DNA of 62,723 nt, the filler included, from Actinomycetota bacterium (GTDB taxonomy: Bacteria > Actinomycetota > CADDZG01 > JAHWKV01 > JAOPZY01): the NCBI GenBank assembly GCA_025963875.1. It is 3 parts of 3 records of this genome, joined end to end, with 100 filler letters (N's around TTAATTAATTAA, not from the genome) between each part and the next. Parts side by side here need not be neighbours in the genome. Positions count along the whole stretch, not along the records: positions 23,948 to 46,643 come from JAOPZY010000165.1; positions 46,744 to 62,723 come from JAOPZY010000199.1; 1 more part is not named here. One strand, given 5' to 3'. The first letter of the stretch is position 1. Each line of letters starts with the position of its first letter. Under the pieces are notes generated by a model. That model searched no databases. It was not told the origin of the DNA and worked only from the letters and a program-made list of their open reading frames with translations. Positions 38,549-49,214 of the stretch are shown piece after piece. Made by a program: the position numbers and the translations under genes.

Positions 38549-39949
38549 TCAGGCCATGGAAGGCACGACTGGCTGCGGTGACCGGAGGTGCCAGGTGGTC
38601 GCTGCCTGGTAGGCCATGCCCACCTTGAGGGCGATGGCATCGCTGAGCGGCGCCGCAGCGATCTGCAGGCCGAGCGGAAGCCCCGTTGCCGTGAAGCCCA
38701 TCGGCACCGAGATCGCCGGGTACCCGACGGCGTTCCACACCGGGGTGAAGACGCTCTCCATGACGGACTCGAAGTCCAGGTCCGCCAAGGTCAACGCGCC
38801 GACACCGGCGGTTGGTGTGACCACCACGTCGCAGGTTTCGAAGAGATCGGCCATTGCCTGGGAGCCCACCTGGCGAACGCATTGCGACTGCACGTAATCC
38901 CCGCTGGAGACGAACGCGCCGCGTGCGAGCGTGAGCCGGGTTGGCCTGCCGTAGTCCGCCCACCGGGCTTGCAGATCGGCTGCATGGTACGCGCAGCCCT
39001 CGCTCAGGAATCCGAGGGCGGTGGCGGCGGTCAGGGCCTCGTAGTGCGGGATGGCGATGTCGATGATGGTGGCGCCGGCGTCGGCGAGCGCTGCGACCGC
39101 GTCGTCGAGGCAGCCGGGCACCGCTGGGTCCACGGCGTGGCGCGTCTGGATGGTGCGGTCGACGCCGACGCGCAGCCCCGCGAGCGACGCCGGCTCGAAC
39201 GTCAGCGGTTCCGCGAGGGTGCCGGGCGAGCACATGGGATCGGAGGCGTCGTAGCCGGCCATGACGGCGAGCATGAGGGCGCAGTCCTGGGCGCTGCGCG
39301 CCATGGGACCGATGTGGTCGTAGGTGTAGCCGAGCGGTGTGCATCCCGACTTGGGCACCAGCCCGAACGTGGGCTTGTGGCCGCTGATCCCGCAGAATGC
39401 GGCCGGCAGACGGATGCTCCCGCCCGTGTCGGTGCCCAGGCCGCCGAAGAACAGGCCGGCGGCGACGCCGCTGCCGGTCCCCGAGCTCGAGCCACCGGGC
39501 CAGGTGGTCGTGTCCCACGGGTTGCGGGGCACCGGGAAGGGCTTGGTGTCGTCCGGCATGCCGATGGCGAACTCGCACGTCGTGGTCTTGCCGGCGATCA
39601 CGCCGCCGGCGTCACGCAGGCGCCGCACGACCGGGGCGTCCCCCTGGTCGCCCCAGGCCGGGTCCAGGATGAGGCTCTGGGCCGTCGTCGGGCCGTCGTC
39701 GGTGGCGATGATGTCCTTGATGCCGAGCGGGACCCCGTGCAGGGGGCCGCGGTCGTGTCCCGCGGCCAGCTCCGCATCGAGGGCGGCTGCCGCGGCGAGG
39801 GCCGCGTCGTCGAACCGGACAAGGTAGGTGCCCAGCACCGGGTCCAGGCGGTCGGCCCGTTCCAGCAGCTCCGTCGTCACCTCGACACTGGTCGTCTCAC
39901 CCGCGTGGATCGCTGCCGATACCTCTGCCAACGTCAGGTACTCGTTCAT
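38549..39949 (-). CDS. amidase signature family enzyme
   Basis: GVPLGIKD, GGSSSGT, GTDTGGSIRLPA. Confidence 0.92.
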   Translation of the reverse strand: MNEYLTLAEVSAAIHAGETTSVEVTTELLERADRLDPVLGTYLVRFDDAALAAAAALDAELAAGHDRGPLHGVPLGIKDIIATDDGPTTAQSLILDPAWGDQGDAPVVRRLRDAGGVIAGKTTTCEFAIGMPDDTKPFPVPRNPWDTTTWPGGSSSGTGSGVAAGLFFGGLGTDTGGSIRLPAAFCGISGHKPTFGLVPKSGCTPLGYTYDHIGPMARSAQDCALMLAVMAGYDASDPMCSPGTLAEPLTFEPASLAGLRVGVDRTIQTRHAVDPAVPGCLDDAVAALADAGATIIDIAIPHYEALTAATALGFLSEGCAYHAADLQARWADYGRPTRLTLARGAFVSSGDYVQSQCVRQVGSQAMADLFETCDVVVTPTAGVGALTLADLDFESVMESVFTPVWNAVGYPAISVPMGFTATGLPLGLQIAAAPLSDAIALKVGMAYQAATTWHLRSPQPVVPSMA

Positions 39950-40035
39950 GATCTCGCGCTCCATTCCGGCCCCCGTCGGATTCGGGCGCCACTGGACACA
40001 CCTTGCACGCCGGAAATATCTGTGACAAGGGAATA

Positions 40036-40321
40036 CCGGTAAACCTTCTGTTACGCCACCTGGGCGGCCACAAAATGCCAGCATGCAGGCGGTAATTGGT
40101 CGCGGTTTGCCATCGCTCCGCCACCGTAGGCGGGAAGGATCTCGCGAGCGTTGGGGCTTGGGGAGACAACGGTGTCGTGTTGTATCCCGCCGGTGACTTG
40201 GCCGGACCGAGGTGGCGGAAGCGGCCGCTCGGTGGCGGAGCGCCCCACCCGGCGGGGCGTTTCCGCAGGAGACCAGGCATTTCATGCCCAACGGCATGTG
40301 GCGTAACTCAGGCTTTACCGG
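40036..40321. promoter_or_regulatory. mirror-symmetric divergent control region with GlnR-like boxes
   Basis: GTGGCGTAAC-n6-TTTACCGG on both strands (40036-40059, 40298-40321); perfect 13-bp IR at 40114-40126/40230-40242. Confidence 0.55.
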
Positions 40322-40530
40322 CGCGACTCTTCGAGGAAACGCTACACCGCTAAGCTTTATCCTCGTAGCGTACCTGCACCAGCCCAGGGCGATGACGAGG
40401 GCCAAGGTGGTCCTTAATCTGCCCGTCTATCGCATCGCGAGACTCAACATTCATGCATGGAGCTTTCCACACCAAACTGGACATCAAACGTGACGTTAAG
40501 ACTTGACCTTGAACGCAAGGGGGGAATGGT

Positions 40531-41436
40531 ATGAGCACCCTCAGCAGTGAGGTTCGCCTCGCACCACGTCTCGCACCCGCCGACGCACTGCCCAGCGAGG
40601 CGGTCACGCGGCGCCGGAAGAGCCTCGGACTCGCCGCCACGGCTGCCGCAGTTCTCGTGGGCGCGACCGTGCTCGCCGCAGTTCTGGCTCCGGTTATCGC
40701 CCCCTACGCACCGAACGTCGGCATCACCGCCGACCGCCTGGCGGGCTTCGGTAGCCATGGCCACCTGCTCGGGACCGACGGGCAGGGCCGTGACGTCCTC
40801 AGCCGCCTGATCTGGGGGGCACGCCTCAGCCTGCTCACCGGGTTCGTGCCGGTCGCCGTGGCGGGGACTGTCGGCACCGCACTCGGGGTGATCGCCGGGC
40901 TCGCCGGCCGCACGCTCCACGGCACCGTGATGCGCACCCTCGACGTCTTCTATGCCTTCCCCGCCGTGCTGCTGGCCATCACGATCGCGGCGGCCCTGGG
41001 CTCGGGCATCTCCAACGCCATCATCGCCCTCACCGTCATCCTCATCCCGCCGATCGCCAGGGTGGCCGAGACCGAGACCGCCCGCCTGCGCCGGGCCGAC
41101 TTCCTGGAGGCCGCGGCCGCCAGCGGGGCACGCCGCTCCTCCGTGGCCGTGCGCCAGGTCCTCCCCAACGTCGCACCCGCCATCACCGTCTACTGCACAA
41201 CGCTCGTCGGCCTCTCCATCGTCTACGCAGCCGGGCTCAGCTTCCTGGGCCTCGGCGTCTCCCCGCCCACCGCCGAGTGGGGGCTGATGATCTCCGACGC
41301 CCGCCAGTACATCTACTCCGCCCCAATGGTTGCCCTCGCCCCCGCCTTCGCCATCCTGCTCGCCTCCGTGGCCTTCAACGTCCTGGGCGACGGTATGCGC
41401 CGGGTGCTCGACGTCCGATCGGAGAACTTCGCATGA
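40531..41436 (+). CDS. peptide-type ABC transporter permease (DppC-like)
   Basis: HLLGTDGQGRDVLSRLIWG, EAA motif, FNVLGDG. Confidence 0.93.
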   Translation: MSTLSSEVRLAPRLAPADALPSEAVTRRRKSLGLAATAAAVLVGATVLAAVLAPVIAPYAPNVGITADRLAGFGSHGHLLGTDGQGRDVLSRLIWGARLSLLTGFVPVAVAGTVGTALGVIAGLAGRTLHGTVMRTLDVFYAFPAVLLAITIAAALGSGISNAIIALTVILIPPIARVAETETARLRRADFLEAAAASGARRSSVAVRQVLPNVAPAITVYCTTLVGLSIVYAAGLSFLGLGVSPPTAEWGLMISDARQYIYSAPMVALAPAFAILLASVAFNVLGDGMRRVLDVRSENFA

Positions 41437-42467
41437 CGATCTCCGCGAGGGACCTCGAGCAGTTGCGGAGCAGCCTCCCGCTCCTGTCGGTCGAGCAACT
41501 GAGCACTACGTTCGTATCGGGCGACTGGAGGGTGGCCGCGGTCCGTGGTGTGTCGTTCTCCATCGCCCGTGGGGAGACGCTGGTCCTGCTCGGCGAGAGC
41601 GGCAGCGGCAAGTCAGTCACCGCCCGCTCGATCCTCCGCCTCTACGGGCCACGGACCGAACTCAAGGGCCGGGTGATGCTGGATGGCATCGACCTGGTGC
41701 AAGCGACGCAGAACGATGTGAATCACCTCCGGGGGAGTCGCATGGGCCTGGTATCGCAGGATCCGGGCAGTGCCCTCGATCCGGTCCGGCGGGTCGGCTC
41801 CCAGTTGCGGGAGGTGCTGCGGGTGCACCAGCCGGCCCTGTCCCGCAACGAAGCGGCAGCGCGGGCGATCGATCTGCTCACGCTGGTCGGCCTCCCCGAC
41901 CCGACGCGGGCCGCACGCTCCTATCCGCACGAGCTTTCTGGCGGGATGCGACAGCGGGTGGTCATCGCCCTCGCCGTCTCCTGCGAGCCAGACCTACTGA
42001 TCGCCGACGAGCCGACGACAGCGCTCGACGTCACCGTCCAGGCCCAGATCCTCGAGCTGATCGGGGAGCTCAAGGGCCGGCTCGGGATGGGGACCCTGCT
42101 GGTGACGCACGACGTCGGCGTGGCCCGGCAGATGGCGGACCGGGTTGCCGTCATGTACGCCGGCAGGATCGTCGAGCAGGGGGCTGCCGACCAGGTCCTC
42201 GGAGATCCCGCCCACCCGTACACGGCGGCACTGCTGGCGGCCCTGCCAACCTCCGGAGCCGTTCGTGGATCCCTTCTGCCCATCCCGGGCCGCCCTCCTC
42301 AGCCCGGCGAACTCGGGTCCGGCTGCCCGTTCGCCCCGCGATGCCGGTTCGCCGACGAGGCGTGCGCGGCCGAGGAGCCTGCCCTGACGCCGGTCCCCGG
42401 GCGCGGGGCCGCCGCCTGTATCCGCCCGCTGACGATGGCGGGGACGATGGCGGGGAGCCGTACGTGA
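41433..42467 (+). CDS. ABC transporter ATP-binding protein (DppD-like)
   Basis: GESGSGKS, YPHELSGGMRQR, GCPFAPRC. Confidence 0.93.
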   Translation: MTISARDLEQLRSSLPLLSVEQLSTTFVSGDWRVAAVRGVSFSIARGETLVLLGESGSGKSVTARSILRLYGPRTELKGRVMLDGIDLVQATQNDVNHLRGSRMGLVSQDPGSALDPVRRVGSQLREVLRVHQPALSRNEAAARAIDLLTLVGLPDPTRAARSYPHELSGGMRQRVVIALAVSCEPDLLIADEPTTALDVTVQAQILELIGELKGRLGMGTLLVTHDVGVARQMADRVAVMYAGRIVEQGAADQVLGDPAHPYTAALLAALPTSGAVRGSLLPIPGRPPQPGELGSGCPFAPRCRFADEACAAEEPALTPVPGRGAAACIRPLTMAGTMAGSRT

Positions 42468-43405
42468 GCGCCCTGCTGGAGGCCCGGGGCTTGCGGATGA
42501 CCTACGGCAACGGGGTGCGGGCCGTCGACGACGTCGACATCGACATCGAGCCGGGGGAGACCTTCGGCCTGGTGGGGGAGTCGGGGTGCGGCAAGTCGAC
42601 GACTGCCAAGGTGATCCTGCGTCTCGAAGCCGGGCAGGCGGAGACCATGCGGTTCGAGGACGCGGACCTCATGGCCGCGAAGGGAGCCGAGCTGCGCCGC
42701 CTCCGAGCCCGTCTCCAGGTCGTGCCGCAGCACCCGGCGACATCGCTGAACCCCCGCCTGCGAGTCTCGGAGTCGATCGTGTTCAACCTCCGTGCCCACG
42801 GGTGGTCCCGGGCGGATCGGGCACCGAGGGTGGCCGAGTTGCTCGACCGGGTGGGACTCGCCGCCCAGCAGGGCCGGGCGTACCCCCACGAGCTCTCGGG
42901 AGGCCAGTTGCAACGGGCGGCGATCGCCCGGGCTCTTGCCACCGACCCCCGCCTGGTCATCTGCGACGAGGCGGTGTCGGCCCTGGACAAGAGCGTCCAG
43001 GCCCAGGTGCTCAACCTCCTCGTCCAGCTCCAGCGAGACCTCGGCATTGCCTACCTGTTCATCTCCCACGATCTCTCGGTCGTCGAGCACGTCTCCGATC
43101 GGGTCGCGGTCATGTACCTGGGGCGGGTGGTCGAGGAGGGACCGGCCGAGGAGCTGTGGGCTCGCCCCCTCCACCCGTACACCCAGGCACTCCTGTCGGC
43201 GGAACCGGGACAGGGCCGTGAGCGGATCGTCCTGCAGGGCGATCCGCCGAGTCCCTCGGACCCCCCGTCAGGCTGCACGTTCCGAACCCGTTGCGCCTAC
43301 GCCACCGAGGTGTGTGCCGGCGACCGTCCACCGCTTATCGAGATCACGCCTGGGCATCGCGTCGCCTGCACCCTGCATCCCCACCCGGAGGCGCTGCTGG
43401 CCTGA
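42464..43405 (+). CDS. ABC transporter ATP-binding protein (DppF-like)
   Basis: GESGCGKS, LSGGQLQR, GCTFRTRC. Confidence 0.93.
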   Translation: MSALLEARGLRMTYGNGVRAVDDVDIDIEPGETFGLVGESGCGKSTTAKVILRLEAGQAETMRFEDADLMAAKGAELRRLRARLQVVPQHPATSLNPRLRVSESIVFNLRAHGWSRADRAPRVAELLDRVGLAAQQGRAYPHELSGGQLQRAAIARALATDPRLVICDEAVSALDKSVQAQVLNLLVQLQRDLGIAYLFISHDLSVVEHVSDRVAVMYLGRVVEEGPAEELWARPLHPYTQALLSAEPGQGRERIVLQGDPPSPSDPPSGCTFRTRCAYATEVCAGDRPPLIEITPGHRVACTLHPHPEALLA

Positions 43406-43444
43406 GGCGTTCTCGAGCAGCTACATCCGATGCCGATCCGCACG

Positions 43445-43478
43445 CTCCCGAGACCCTCCCGAGACCCCTCCCGAGACC
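43445..43478 (+). repeat. three tandem CTCCCGAGACC units before the SBP ribosome-binding site
   Basis: direct reading of the sequence. Confidence 0.85.
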
Positions 43479-43489
43479 AAGGAGAGAGC

Positions 43490-45100
43490 ATGTTGCGTAG
43501 TGGCCGTTGGGTTGCGATCACCGCTGTCCTTGCCGTCGTGGCTACCGCCTGTGGCTCTTCATCGACAACGACCGCCGGGTCACCCAGCACCTCGGGTGGG
43601 TCTGGAACGGGCGGCACCCTCATCATCGGCATGACGGCAACCAATATCCCCGGCCTCGACACGGGCATGTTCCAGAGCGAGGGTGGCGAGGGCGGTCGCT
43701 TCGTCGGCGTCCAGCTCTACGACGGGCTGACCCGGTTTGAACTCACGCAGGGGACGCATGCCCCGGACATCAAGCCGGGCCTGGCCACATCGTGGGACGT
43801 CACGCCGGATGCCACGAACTGGACCTTCCACCTGAGGCCCGGCGTGAAGTTCACGGACGGTACGCCGTGGAACGCCGACGCGGCCATCTTCAACCTCGAC
43901 CGCATGACGAACAAGTCGAGCCCCGACTACTACCCGGAGCTCAATGCGACGGCCGGCCTGTTCCTGGGAGGCATCGCCTCCTCCAAGAAGATCGACGACA
44001 TGACGATCCAGATCACCACGAAGGGTCCCTACTCGTACCTCCTCGGCGACCTGGCCCTGCTGCCCTTCGGGAGTCCGACGGCTATCAAGGCCGAGGGCAA
44101 GGACGGCTTCGCCACGAAGCCGGTGGGGACCGGCCCCTTCAAGGTTGAGTCGTACGTACGGGGCCAGAAACTGGTGATGGTCCGCAACCCCGACTACTGG
44201 AGGGGTCCTGCAAAGCTGGACCGGGTCATCCTCCGACCGATCCCGGACGCCACCGCCCGGGCCGCCGCCCTGCAGTCGGGTGAGGTGAACTGGATCGAGG
44301 TTCCGCCGCCGGACTCGGTCACGGCGCTCAAGGCCGGGGGGTTCCAGGTCCTCACCAACGCTTACAGCCACGTGTGGCCATGGGTGTTCGACTTGACGAA
44401 GAAGCCCCTGGACGACGTGCGGGTGCGTCAGGCCCTCAACTACGCCATCGACCGTGCCACGTTGTCGAAGTCGATCCTCAACGGAACTGGCCGCCCAGCC
44501 CTGCAGTACGCCCCGGTCGGCGACGCCGGCTACGACCCGAGCCTCGACACCTACACCTACGACGCGGCCAAGGCGAAGCAACTCCTCGCCGCCGCCGGCT
44601 ACCCGAACGGCTTCAGCATGACCCTCTCGTTCCCCACGAGCGGCTCCGGGAACATGGTGCCCATCCCGATGAACGAGTCGCTGCAGAAGGACCTGGCGGC
44701 GGTCGGCGTGCAGGTCAAGCTCCAACCTGTTGAGTGGGCGTCCATGCTGCAGGACTTCTTCCAAGCCAAGATCCCGGGCGGCGCCGATGCCATGAACATC
44801 TCCCTCGGGTACGTGCTCCCGTCGCTGTGGGCCGACTGGTTCGGAAGCGGCCAGGGGTCGTTGAACGTCGGCCACTACGCCAACCCCACGGTGGACGCCC
44901 TGCTTGCCCAGACGAAGGCGGAGCTGGACAACACCAAGCGGGCGGCACTCTTCACCCAGATCAACGCCCAGCTCCTCAAGGACGCTCCCTGGCTGCTCGT
45001 CGTCAACGACCTGAACCCCCGGGTGCTCTCGCCCACGGTGCACGGGTTCGTCATGCCGCAGTCCTGGTACGTCGACCTGACCAACGTGTGGGTGAAGTGA
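43490..45100 (+). CDS. ABC substrate-binding lipoprotein (SBP family 5)
   Basis: lipobox ATAC, LRPGVKFTDGT, GTGPFK, VRQALNYAID. Confidence 0.93.
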   Translation: MLRSGRWVAITAVLAVVATACGSSSTTTAGSPSTSGGSGTGGTLIIGMTATNIPGLDTGMFQSEGGEGGRFVGVQLYDGLTRFELTQGTHAPDIKPGLATSWDVTPDATNWTFHLRPGVKFTDGTPWNADAAIFNLDRMTNKSSPDYYPELNATAGLFLGGIASSKKIDDMTIQITTKGPYSYLLGDLALLPFGSPTAIKAEGKDGFATKPVGTGPFKVESYVRGQKLVMVRNPDYWRGPAKLDRVILRPIPDATARAAALQSGEVNWIEVPPPDSVTALKAGGFQVLTNAYSHVWPWVFDLTKKPLDDVRVRQALNYAIDRATLSKSILNGTGRPALQYAPVGDAGYDPSLDTYTYDAAKAKQLLAAAGYPNGFSMTLSFPTSGSGNMVPIPMNESLQKDLAAVGVQVKLQPVEWASMLQDFFQAKIPGGADAMNISLGYVLPSLWADWFGSGQGSLNVGHYANPTVDALLAQTKAELDNTKRAALFTQINAQLLKDAPWLLVVNDLNPRVLSPTVHGFVMPQSWYVDLTNVWVK

Positions 45101-46643
45101 TGGGGCGCCGCATCCGGGGCTTCCTCCGGGCCCCCACGCCGAAGGAGCTGATCGACGTCGGGGCGGCCGAGCACCTGCACCTCACCGACGACGAGGCGGC
45201 TGCCTACAGCGAGATCCTGGCCGGGGTCCTGACCCAGCTCGACCGCCTCGACGACCTGGTGGCAACGCAACCCGGCTCCCGGTACCTCCTCCGGGATCCC
45301 GGGCGGCGACCGCAGCCGGACGAGGACCCCTTCAACGCCTTCACCCGGTTCTGCCGGGTCGCCGGGGCCGCAGACGGACCACTGTCGGGACTACGCGCTG
45401 CGGTGAAGGACAACCTGGCCGTCGCCGGGGTGCCGATCACGAACGCCTCTCGCACGTCGGCGTACGTGCCGGTGACCGACGCGGTGGTCGTCGAGCGGCT
45501 GCTGGACGCCGGGGCCACCATCGTCGGCAAGCTCAACATGGACGACTTCGCCACCTCCGGCACCGGCGAGTCGAGCTGGTTCGGCCCGCCGCGCAACCCC
45601 GTCGATCCGACCCGTTCGGCGGGGGGATCCTCGGGCGGTTCCGGCTCGGCGGTGGCGTCGGGCACTGTGGACATCTCCATCGGGGTCGACGAGGGCGGCT
45701 CCGCCCGCATCCCCGCCTCCTTCTGCGGCGTCGTGAGCCTCAAGGCAACCCACGGGCTCATCCCGTCACACGGCCTCACCTACATGGATCACACCATCGA
45801 CTCCGTGTGCCCGACCGCCGCCACGGTGGAGCTTGCCGCCCGGGTCACGGATGTGATCGCGGGCCACGACGATCGGGATCCGCAATGGGTGCGGGCCATG
45901 CCGGCGCCGACGTCGTGCGCGGAGGCAGTCGGACAAGGGGTGGCGGGCCTGAAGATCGGGGTCGTCGACCAGGGGGTCGACGAGAATCTGTGCGAGGCCG
46001 ACGTGCTCGAGCGGTTCCGGGACGGCCTCGATGTGCTGACGGATGCGGGAGCGGACGTGGTGCCGGTCTCGATACCGCTCTGGGCAGATGCCTGGCCGAT
46101 CGAGCTCGCGATGCTCTTCCACCTCGCGTGGGCCATGGCCCAGTCCGAGGGCATGGGGTTCGGTCATCTCGGCGAGATCGACGTCGCCCGGGCGCACGCC
46201 TTCGCGCTGTCGCGGCGTCTGGAGGCCGACGAGTTCCCACCGTTCATGAAGGTCTGGCTCCTTGCCGGCCGCTGGCTCCACGACCACTACTTCTCCACGT
46301 ACTTCGGCAAGGCCCAGAACCTGCGGCGGGCACTCCGGGACGAGATCAGTGCAGCCCTCAGGACCTGCGACCTCCTCGTGACGCCCACCACGCCCCACAC
46401 CGCCCCGGCTCTCCTCGACCGGCCCGGCACCGACGCAGAGTTGCTTGCCCGCGGCACGACCATGTCCGGCAACACCGCGCCGTTGAACCTGAGCGGCCAC
46501 CCGGCTCTGGCCGTGCCCTGCGGGGTCGACGCCTCCGGCCTGCCCGTGTCCATGCAGATCATTGCCGCTCACTTCGCCGACGCCATGTGCTTCCGCGCCG
46601 GTTCGGTTGTGACCTCCGGTTCTGCCTCCGTCCGGTCCCCACC
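45100..46643 (+). CDS. amidase signature family enzyme, 3' end cut by contig edge
   Basis: AVKD, GGSSGGS, GVDEGGSARIP; TGATG coupling to the SBP gene. Confidence 0.9.
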
Positions 46644-46743
46644 NNNNNNNNNNNNNNNNNNNNNNNNNNNNNNNNNNNNNNNNNNNNTTAATTAATTAAN
46701 NNNNNNNNNNNNNNNNNNNNNNNNNNNNNNNNNNNNNNNNNNN
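46644..46743. other. artificial contig linker (N-TTAATTAATTAA-N)
   Basis: same structure as 23848-23947. Confidence 0.97.
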
Positions 46744-48242
46744 CCACCGAGCATCGGACCGAGCGGCGGTGATTGATTGCCGGATCCCTGAGCGGCTTGG
46801 GCTCCCGCCTCGTTGACCGACCCGGTGTTCGGGAGAGCCACGTACGGGAAGGAGGCCGCGATCGGGTTTGCCGGAACGTTGACGCCGTCACCTCCTGCGA
46901 GTGCGATCACCAGCTGGCCGACCCCGGCTCCCTCGAGAGCCTGGACCTCGATGTCGACGACGTCGTCGGTGAGCCGGCGCCCGTTCGGGTAACCGGCCAG
47001 GTCACCGGCAAGCACCCCCATCCGGTTGGGATTCGCGGTCGGTGCGATCGACGTGTTGAGCCGGAGCTCTTCGGCGGGCACGAAGGATGCCGCATCGACG
47101 TCCTGGTTCATCTTCTGTGAGTTCAGGTCGGCAGCAATGGGACCGCAGGCCTTGCAGATGCCCGTGAGGAAGATCTCCGCGAGATCATTGCGTGGCGCTG
47201 CCGGTGCCGGGATGCCGTAGATGGACTGGACGAGCTTGGGCACCTCCGGGTTCTTCACCCGATCGACGAGTGCAGCGATGGTGTGGTCCTGGGACGGAGG
47301 CAGGGCGTTGAAAGCATCCTTGAGCCCTGCCGGCACGACGACCTCGTTGACGAGCGGGCTGCCGAGACGGGAGACCTGCACGAAGTCCCCGCTGGGCGTC
47401 GCCTTGCCGGGGGTCAGCTTGAGGGTGCGCTTCGAGGTGGCGCTCCAGATCCCGATCACGGGATTCCTTCCCCGGTCGCCGTTGAGCACCAGGTCGGACG
47501 TGGGCACCTGGAGCACGATGGTGTTCACGTTGAAGCCGGCCAGCGTGCTGTGGCCCGTTTCCTTCAGGTTCGCCCCGTAGAGCAGGTCGAAGACCCGGAG
47601 GTCGAGGAAGAAGGGGTCGGCCGCCTGTCCCGCCAGCGTCTGCGCCCGGCCGTCTTCGAATGTCGACACGGCCTGGCTGCGCAGCGAGGCGTAGTCGGGC
47701 ATGGAGGCGGGCCCCACGTCGGACGGGGCTGCCACGCCATTGCTTACCAGGGTCGTTGTCCGGCCGCCCTGGATCTCCTGGAGCGTATAGGTCTGCTTGA
47801 ACAGCAGGTGCGGGTCTCCCAGGCTGGTCACGGGGCCGTTGTTGTAGAGGAAGGTGCCGGTCCCGCGGGTGTCCTGGTTGGAGAAGGTCCAGCGGTAGGT
47901 GATGTCGGGCATGCCTCTGCCGCTGTTGTCGATGTTGATGTCGTAGTGGGAGCCTGCGGCGAACGGGTAGAAGTTCGGCCCGCCGTTGGGCTCTTCGAAC
48001 GGGATCCAGTTCGCGACGAAGGTGGTCGTGTCCGGCTTGTCCGGGCTCACGAAAGCGTACAAGTCGGTGTTGTCGTGCTGAGGATCGGCGGCGATCAGGG
48101 GCGCCTCCCGGTGACTGGAGGCGCTCGCCTCCTTACCTCGGAGGCCCGGTGCCGAGACCGCCAGGGCGGCCATGAGCGCGGACACGAGGCTGACGGCCAA
48201 GGGCCGTTTGAGCGCGCTCGGCAGAGCAGTTCGATACTGCAT
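46744..48242 (-). CDS. secreted DUF4331 domain protein, 3' end cut by contig edge
   Basis: signal peptide, SSHREAP, DNTDLYAF, DPFFLDL, GYPNGRRL.DDVVD. Confidence 0.9.
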
Positions 48243-48750
48243 TCTTTCCTCCTTTTGTGCGACTCGAAGATGTCGGGTCGATGGCGAATGACTTCAGCGC
48301 CGGTGGCCGGGGGAGGGGCCCGGGCCAGGCCGTCCAACGAACCGGCAAGGTTTTTGTGCAGCAGGGAATAGGCCACGGAAGCCTCGGGGGGAGGGGATGA
48401 AGCAGGGTGGTTTCAGTCCGGGAGGTTCGATTGAGCGTTTTTGTCTAACGAACTGTCTTCGTGGCCTGCGTCAAGATCGGATTGGTTCGGCCTTGCGATC
48501 CGCTGTGGGCGGCTCCGAGCACCCGGCATGGCCGCGGGCGATGTTCTTTGGGTGGTTAACGATGTATTTCATCGTTCACCACCCAAAGAAGACCTGGAGA
48601 AGGGCCTCGACGGCACAAGCGCGTTCGGCAAGCGGTGGCAATGACGGAACTTGAGGGGGCCCTTTAGAATGATGCCCGCGAATCAGAGATGTGAGGTCGC
48701 AGGGGGATGCAGATCATCGAGTGCCGGTACCCGGGAGGAGACTCCGTCCC

Positions 48751-49149
48751 ATGACCGGCCCCACGTCCGGAAGTAGGCACGTCGGATCCCTCTCGCTCGA
48801 TGAGATCGAGGAGGAGCTGGCCAGGACCGAGCGGAGGCTGGCGGCCTTCCGCGACGCCTCGAGGCATTCTCACGCGGAATCGGCGGCCCAGGCCGCGGCG
48901 TTGCGCGAGATGGGGGATCGGGCGAAGGAGATCACGAGCCGGCCTAAGACCTGGCGGGGAGGGTTGAAGCGGTCGGACGCGGCAGAGCTCGAAGCCCTCA
49001 GGGGGGAGATGCGGTTGAGAGCCGAGGCCATGAGCCGCACGGTCGAGGGGATGAAGTCCACGTCGGCCGAGGCGAGAGAGCTCGGGAAGCGCCAACAGGA
49101 GTTGAGCAAGCGGCGCACCGAGCTGGTCGCGCAACGGGGCCACGGGTAA
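48751..49149 (+). CDS. hypothetical coiled-coil protein
   Basis: E/R/L heptad-rich ORF; GGAG upstream. Confidence 0.55.
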   Translation: MTGPTSGSRHVGSLSLDEIEEELARTERRLAAFRDASRHSHAESAAQAAALREMGDRAKEITSRPKTWRGGLKRSDAAELEALRGEMRLRAEAMSRTVEGMKSTSAEARELGKRQQELSKRRTELVAQRGHG

Positions 49150-49214
49150 CGTAACGACCTTCGCCCGGTGTCACGACGTCGGCTGCCTCGTCCCCGGTCG
49201 TCACTTCCGGAGTC

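Noticed and set aside
43445..43478. CTCCCGAGACC x3 as CRISPR
   Set aside because: No spacers or cas genes; simple tandem repeat. No CRISPR array was seen in the window
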